DNA from: Methanomassiliicoccaceae archaeon UBA404
Lineage (GTDB): Archaea > Thermoplasmatota > Thermoplasmata > Methanomassiliicoccales > Methanomethylophilaceae
DNA: 64,000 bases
Assembly: GCA_002498605.1 (NCBI GenBank)
Contig: DAHY01000009.1
Coordinates: 22,971 to 86,970 of the forward strand
Direction: 5' to 3'
Shown here: positions 59,772 to 64,000 of the stretch, one piece after another
Layout of the letters: each line of letters opens with the position of its first letter
Position numbering within the stretch: position 1 is the stretch's first letter
The notes under the pieces: model-generated
Database searches by the model: none
The model's input: only the letters and a program-made list of their open reading frames with translations
Told to the model about the DNA's origin: nothing
Made by a program: the position numbers and the translations under genes

Positions 59772-60244
59772 TGAGTTCGGACAGATTGGAGGAGGCTCTG
59801 AGATCCACGGGATCCACGCTTTCGTTGGCTGAATCCTGCACCGGAGGGCTTATCAGCACCCTTATTACGGATACGCCGGGAAGTTCGGATTATTTTCTGG
59901 GTTCCGCCGTCACCTACAGCAATCATTCCAAAAACCGTTTGATCGGAGTTTCTCAGGAAACTTTGACGGAATACGGAGCGGTAAGCGAACAGACGGCGAT
60001 TGAGATGGCCGAAGGCTCTCTTAAACTGTTCAATTCCGACTTCGCCGCCTCCGCCACGGGCGTCGCGGGTCCCGGCGGAGGAACCGAAAAGAAACCCGTC
60101 GGGACTGTCTGCATCGGACTGACCAACGGAAGAAGAACCTTGGTTTTTACCGAGCATTTTGAGGGTAACCGTTCCGAAATACGAAAATCCACGGCAAACA
60201 AGGTTTTTGAACTTCTTACCGACTTTATACTGGAGAAAATATGA
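59771..60244 (+). CDS. CinA/PncC nicotinamide-mononucleotide deamidase
   Basis: AESCTGG, YGAVS, TGVAGPGGG..KPVGTV. Confidence 0.9.
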   Translation: MSSDRLEEALRSTGSTLSLAESCTGGLISTLITDTPGSSDYFLGSAVTYSNHSKNRLIGVSQETLTEYGAVSEQTAIEMAEGSLKLFNSDFAASATGVAGPGGGTEKKPVGTVCIGLTNGRRTLVFTEHFEGNRSEIRKSTANKVFELLTDFILEKI

Positions 60245-60945
60245 GATATTCCGGACAAATCGGTCTTCTGGGAGCCGAAGGACAAAAGAAACTGGAAGAC
60301 TCCTTTGTAACCGTTGTCGGATGCGGAGGGCTGGGAACCTTCGTTTCTCTGTTTTTGGTTTCCGCGGGAGTGGGGCGCATAAGGCTTGTCGACGGAGACG
60401 TACCCTCGGAAAGCAACTTCAACAGACAGTTTTTCTATCCGGGCACAAAAGGGTTCAAGGCCGACATACTGGCAAAAAAATTGAAAGAAGTCAACGACTC
60501 TGTCACAATCGAACCGATTTGCGAATACCTTGACGGAAAAAACGGAAACCGAATTACAGAAGGAAGCGACATTGTCGCCGACTGTCTCGATTCGCTTGAA
60601 TCAAGACTGATTCTCAACAAGTTCGCGGTAAATCGAAACATTCCCCTTTCCCACGGGGGAGTGGACGGTTTTCTGGGTCAGGTTACGTTGGTCATTCCCG
60701 GAAAGACGCCGTGTCTTGAATGCATATTCGGAAATATGAACGATGTCGGCGAAGCCCCCAAATCCCTTTCGTCTTCGGTTTCCATGATAGCTTCGGTTCA
60801 GGCCACGGACATTATCAAACATATCACGGGAATCGGAGAAACATTGGCGGGAAGTCTGCTGACAATATCCATGGATTCCAATTCGTACAATAAAGTCGGT
60901 ATTTCAAAGAATCCCGAATGTCCCGTCTGCCTTAATATTCGTTGA
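60241..60945 (+). CDS. ThiF/MoeB/HesA E1-like adenylyltransferase
   Basis: GCGGLG, SNFNRQ, two CxxC. Confidence 0.9.
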   Translation: MRYSGQIGLLGAEGQKKLEDSFVTVVGCGGLGTFVSLFLVSAGVGRIRLVDGDVPSESNFNRQFFYPGTKGFKADILAKKLKEVNDSVTIEPICEYLDGKNGNRITEGSDIVADCLDSLESRLILNKFAVNRNIPLSHGGVDGFLGQVTLVIPGKTPCLECIFGNMNDVGEAPKSLSSSVSMIASVQATDIIKHITGIGETLAGSLLTISMDSNSYNKVGISKNPECPVCLNIR

Positions 60946-60975
60946 AAATAAATACCTCTCTTCGGTTCAGGGGTC

Positions 60976-61881
60976 ATGGAAAAGATAATGACCGGGAAAG
61001 TCAAGGAAGTCTACGCCGTCGACGACGATACGCTTGAGTTCGTATACACCGACAACATATCGGTTTTTGACAAAATCATCCCGTCACAGATACCTCACAA
61101 AGGCGAAACTCTTTGCAGAACCGCAAAATTCTGGTTCAATCTGCTGAATGAAAACGGAATTCATAATCATTACATAAGCGAACCCGCCCCGAACAGAATG
61201 AGGGTCAAAAAAGTCAATATTATAAGAAATTATGACGAAATCAATGAAAAAACCGTGAATTATCTTATTCCTTTGGAAGTAATCTGCAGGCACTATGCCG
61301 CAGGTTCTCTGATGGACAGAGTGAAAGACGGAAAAATATCCGCCGAAGATTTGGGCTTCCCGAAAAATCATAAAGTTTCTTACGGTGAAAAATTACCTTT
61401 TCCGTTCATTGAAGTCACCACGAAACTGGAAGAACACGATATGAGTCTGACCGAAGACAAGGCCAAGGACATGGCCGGTTTAACCGATGACGAATACGAA
61501 GAAATCAAAAACACCGTTTTGAAGATCGATGAAATCATAGCCGAAGAAGCCATAAAACGCGGATTGATTCATTGCGACGGCAAAAAGGAATTCGGTTTCG
61601 ACAAAGAACGCAGGCTTATGGTTCTGGATACTTTCGGCACTTTGGACGAGGATCGCTGGTGGGACGCGGAAGAATACGCAAAAGGCAATGTTCTGGAATT
61701 GTCCAAGGAATTCGTGCGCCAGCACTACAGAAACACCGGTTACCATTCGGAATTGATGGAAATCAGGGAAAAAGGCGGAGAAGAGCCCGACATACCTCCG
61801 TTGCCTCAGGACATCATTGACCGTACGAGCAATCTGTACGTCAGTATGTACGAAAGAATAACCGGTGAGAATTTCAGGTAA
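60976..61881 (+). CDS. purC: SAICAR synthetase
   Basis: GKVKEVY, TDNISVFD, TTKLE, DGKKEFG, LSKEFVR. Confidence 0.95.
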   Translation: MEKIMTGKVKEVYAVDDDTLEFVYTDNISVFDKIIPSQIPHKGETLCRTAKFWFNLLNENGIHNHYISEPAPNRMRVKKVNIIRNYDEINEKTVNYLIPLEVICRHYAAGSLMDRVKDGKISAEDLGFPKNHKVSYGEKLPFPFIEVTTKLEEHDMSLTEDKAKDMAGLTDDEYEEIKNTVLKIDEIIAEEAIKRGLIHCDGKKEFGFDKERRLMVLDTFGTLDEDRWWDAEEYAKGNVLELSKEFVRQHYRNTGYHSELMEIREKGGEEPDIPPLPQDIIDRTSNLYVSMYERITGENFR

Positions 61882-61909
61882 AACCGGTTTTGATGTTACG
61901 CAATCAACA

Positions 61910-62335
61910 TCATACCAGTTTTACCAAAACCATGTTTTCCCCGTAAGGACATTCGGTATCCCCTTCAACACTTTCCACCTTGAGTTTGATACCCGCGATT
62001 TCCGAAGGGGGATGACATCTGAACCAGTTCGCGCAACAGGGCATGTCGCAATCGATTTCCTGGAACGTGATCATGCCGCCTTCGATGACATTCTTTTTCT
62101 GAAGGGCGGCCGGGGTGGCGACTTTCTCCACTTCGACGACCTTCACTTTATCCTCGGTTTCGATGCAATCGTGGGTCTGTTCTCTTATTGCCGAAATTCT
62201 GTAACGGGATCCCTTTTCAAGATTGAGGCAGACGCTTTTCAACTTACATTCTCTGCATCCGTCCATCGGCCCGGCGTAATAGAATTCAAAACCTTCTTTT
62301 GCGGATATTTCGGATATCAGTGTTATCAAGACCAT
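61910..62335 (-). CDS. UPF0179 family protein
   Basis: ITLI...EF.Y....C..CKL..VC.NL..G..Y. Confidence 0.85.
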   Translation of the reverse strand: MVLITLISEISAKEGFEFYYAGPMDGCRECKLKSVCLNLEKGSRYRISAIREQTHDCIETEDKVKVVEVEKVATPAALQKKNVIEGGMITFQEIDCDMPCCANWFRCHPPSEIAGIKLKVESVEGDTECPYGENMVLVKLV

Positions 62336-63393
62336 TAAATCACCCCTGTTTCTCTTGCCACATTGGCAGCGGCTTCACGGCTTATTCCGTTGCCGAGAAT
62401 CGTAAATCTGTCCTTTCTTATTCCGGCGGCGGCAGTAAGAGCTTCAATGACCTCTTCGTCGCTGAGTCCTATTTCTTTTCCCGTCGTAGGTGCGCCGATA
62501 GTTTTCAGAGCATCCCGGATAAGTTCCCAATCCCCTCCGTGAAGGTACATCATCATAATTGCACCGACACCGCACTGTTCTCCGTGCATCGCACGTTCGG
62601 GATACATTATATCAATGGCGTGAGAGAACATGTGCTCCGAACCGCTGGTGGGTCTGGAACTTCCGGCAACGCTCATGGATATCCCGGATATTATTATCGG
62701 CCTCAACGCAATCCAGACGCTTTCTTCCAAATCCGGGCGTATCAGTTCGGAATTTTCGATTATCGTTTCCGCGGCATATTCGGACAGTGAATAAGCCGAA
62801 CGGCTGAACTCATCGTTTCTCAGTCTGTGAGCGAATTTCCAGTCCTTGAGGGCGGTCAGGTTGGATATCACATCGGCACAGCCCGAGGCGAGATACCGAT
62901 ACGGGGATTTGCTGATAATCTCCGTATCCGCCAATACCCCGAGGGGGGAAACCGCATCGATGGACTGAGGACCCACATCCATTTTGAGCGATGCTCTTCC
63001 GGAAGCGATTCCGTCATGGGCCGCGTTGGTGGGGATGCTGATGAATGACAAATCCATATCGTCGGCGGCTATTTTCGACAAATCTATTTTGCTTCCTCCG
63101 CCGACGGCCAAAATGAAAGACGATCCCGTTTCCCGTATGACGGATTTCACCTCTTCAAGATTTTTCAACGTGGCATATCCCGTTATGAGAGTGTGCATGT
63201 CGTAATCCTTCGACATATATTCTTCGACAAGCTTTCCTGCGGCATCGTATGTATTGCTTCCGGTAACTATCAGTCCCGTCTTGCCGAATCTGAAAGATTC
63301 GCACATTTCCGGCAATTTGCTCAACACATCATGTCCAATGTATACGGTTCTCGGGAACTCCATTTTTTTAGCTTTGTCGAAAATATCCATCAT
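62335..63393 (-). CDS. egsA: sn-glycerol-1-phosphate dehydrogenase
   Basis: GGGSKID, PT.AAHDGIAS, SSRPTSGSEH, HGEQCG; true start is ~63393. Confidence 0.95.
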   Translation of the reverse strand: MMDIFDKAKKMEFPRTVYIGHDVLSKLPEMCESFRFGKTGLIVTGSNTYDAAGKLVEEYMSKDYDMHTLITGYATLKNLEEVKSVIRETGSSFILAVGGGSKIDLSKIAADDMDLSFISIPTNAAHDGIASGRASLKMDVGPQSIDAVSPLGVLADTEIISKSPYRYLASGCADVISNLTALKDWKFAHRLRNDEFSRSAYSLSEYAAETIIENSELIRPDLEESVWIALRPIIISGISMSVAGSSRPTSGSEHMFSHAIDIMYPERAMHGEQCGVGAIMMMYLHGGDWELIRDALKTIGAPTTGKEIGLSDEEVIEALTAAAGIRKDRFTILGNGISREAAANVARETGVI

Positions 63394-63450
63394 GTTGTCC
63401 GATAGGAGATATTCTGAAAGATATAAAAGGAACCCAGTGGATTCCGCGTT

Positions 63451-63993
63451 ATGGAACGCAGAGTTTTGTTGATCTGTGCCTGCGGAAGACGGGAAGGTTT
63501 CACTTATACCATGTGTTCCGTGGCCGAGCACGCGCTGAAGAACGATGGATGGACGGTCGATACCGTTTTTCCGATCGAAATGAAAATCGGACACTGTACG
63601 GGGTGCGGATCCTGCGAAGACGGCAAAGGCTGCGTCATTGACGATGACATGGAATCCGTTTACCGTTCTTTCCATGAGGCGGAAATCGTTCTGTTCTGTA
63701 CGCCGATTCATTACAGCGGGGTCTCGTCCGTAATCAAAACAGTCATAGACAGGTTTCAGACGTTGTGGTATTCTTCCGGGAAAGGTCCGAAGTATATGGC
63801 CGCAATGATGTGCGGAGGACACGAAGAGCCGGAATTCCGCGGTGCGATGCATGTTTTCAAATCTTTGTCCATAACCGCGGGTTCGGAATGGTTGGGCGAG
63901 TTAAAAATTGCCGACACCGACAGGAAAGACTTTTCCGAAGTAAAAAAGGAAACCGAAAATTTCATCGCCGGTCTGATTCGGTCGCTGAAATGA
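63451..63993 (+). CDS. iron-sulfur flavoprotein / flavodoxin family
   Basis: CTGCGSC....C...DDM, TPIHY, KTVIDR. Confidence 0.85.
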   Translation: MERRVLLICACGRREGFTYTMCSVAEHALKNDGWTVDTVFPIEMKIGHCTGCGSCEDGKGCVIDDDMESVYRSFHEAEIVLFCTPIHYSGVSSVIKTVIDRFQTLWYSSGKGPKYMAAMMCGGHEEPEFRGAMHVFKSLSITAGSEWLGELKIADTDRKDFSEVKKETENFIAGLIRSLK

Positions 63994-64000
63994 ATACCGA

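Noticed and set aside
1..64000. Pyrrolysine (in-frame TAG) read-through genes
   Set aside because: No gene appeared split at an amber codon, and no pyl or methylamine methyltransferase genes are present

Overview
Archaeal chromosomal segment (egsA, cgi121, Hel308, LonB, UPF0179, archaeal HMGCS/thiolase/DUF35 cluster, TATA-type promoters). Gene content suggests a Methanomassiliicoccales-like Thermoplasmatota archaeon; this is an inference, as no methanogenesis marker lies in the window. Most of the window is housekeeping (topA, nikR, folC, nth, hypA/D, ogt, valS, glyS, acnA, ppk2, thrB/C, purC), with three tRNAs (Gly-GCC, Ile-GAT, Pro-CGG). There are two accessory regions: ~13.7-17.9 kb next to tRNA-Gly, and ~35.0-41.96 kb between convergent tRNA-Ile and tRNA-Pro. 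The second holds the most unusual signal: two tandem paralogous ~230-240 nt structured non-coding elements, each with a TATA box, an identically placed 13-bp upstream motif and a 13-14 bp terminal stem. It also holds a third ~190 nt structured RNA candidate and a ~245 nt switch-like leader before an OpuA/ProU osmoprotectant transporter. In addition, the mevalonate-cluster thiolase has lost three canonical catalytic residues. All calls are by eye; no database searches were run.
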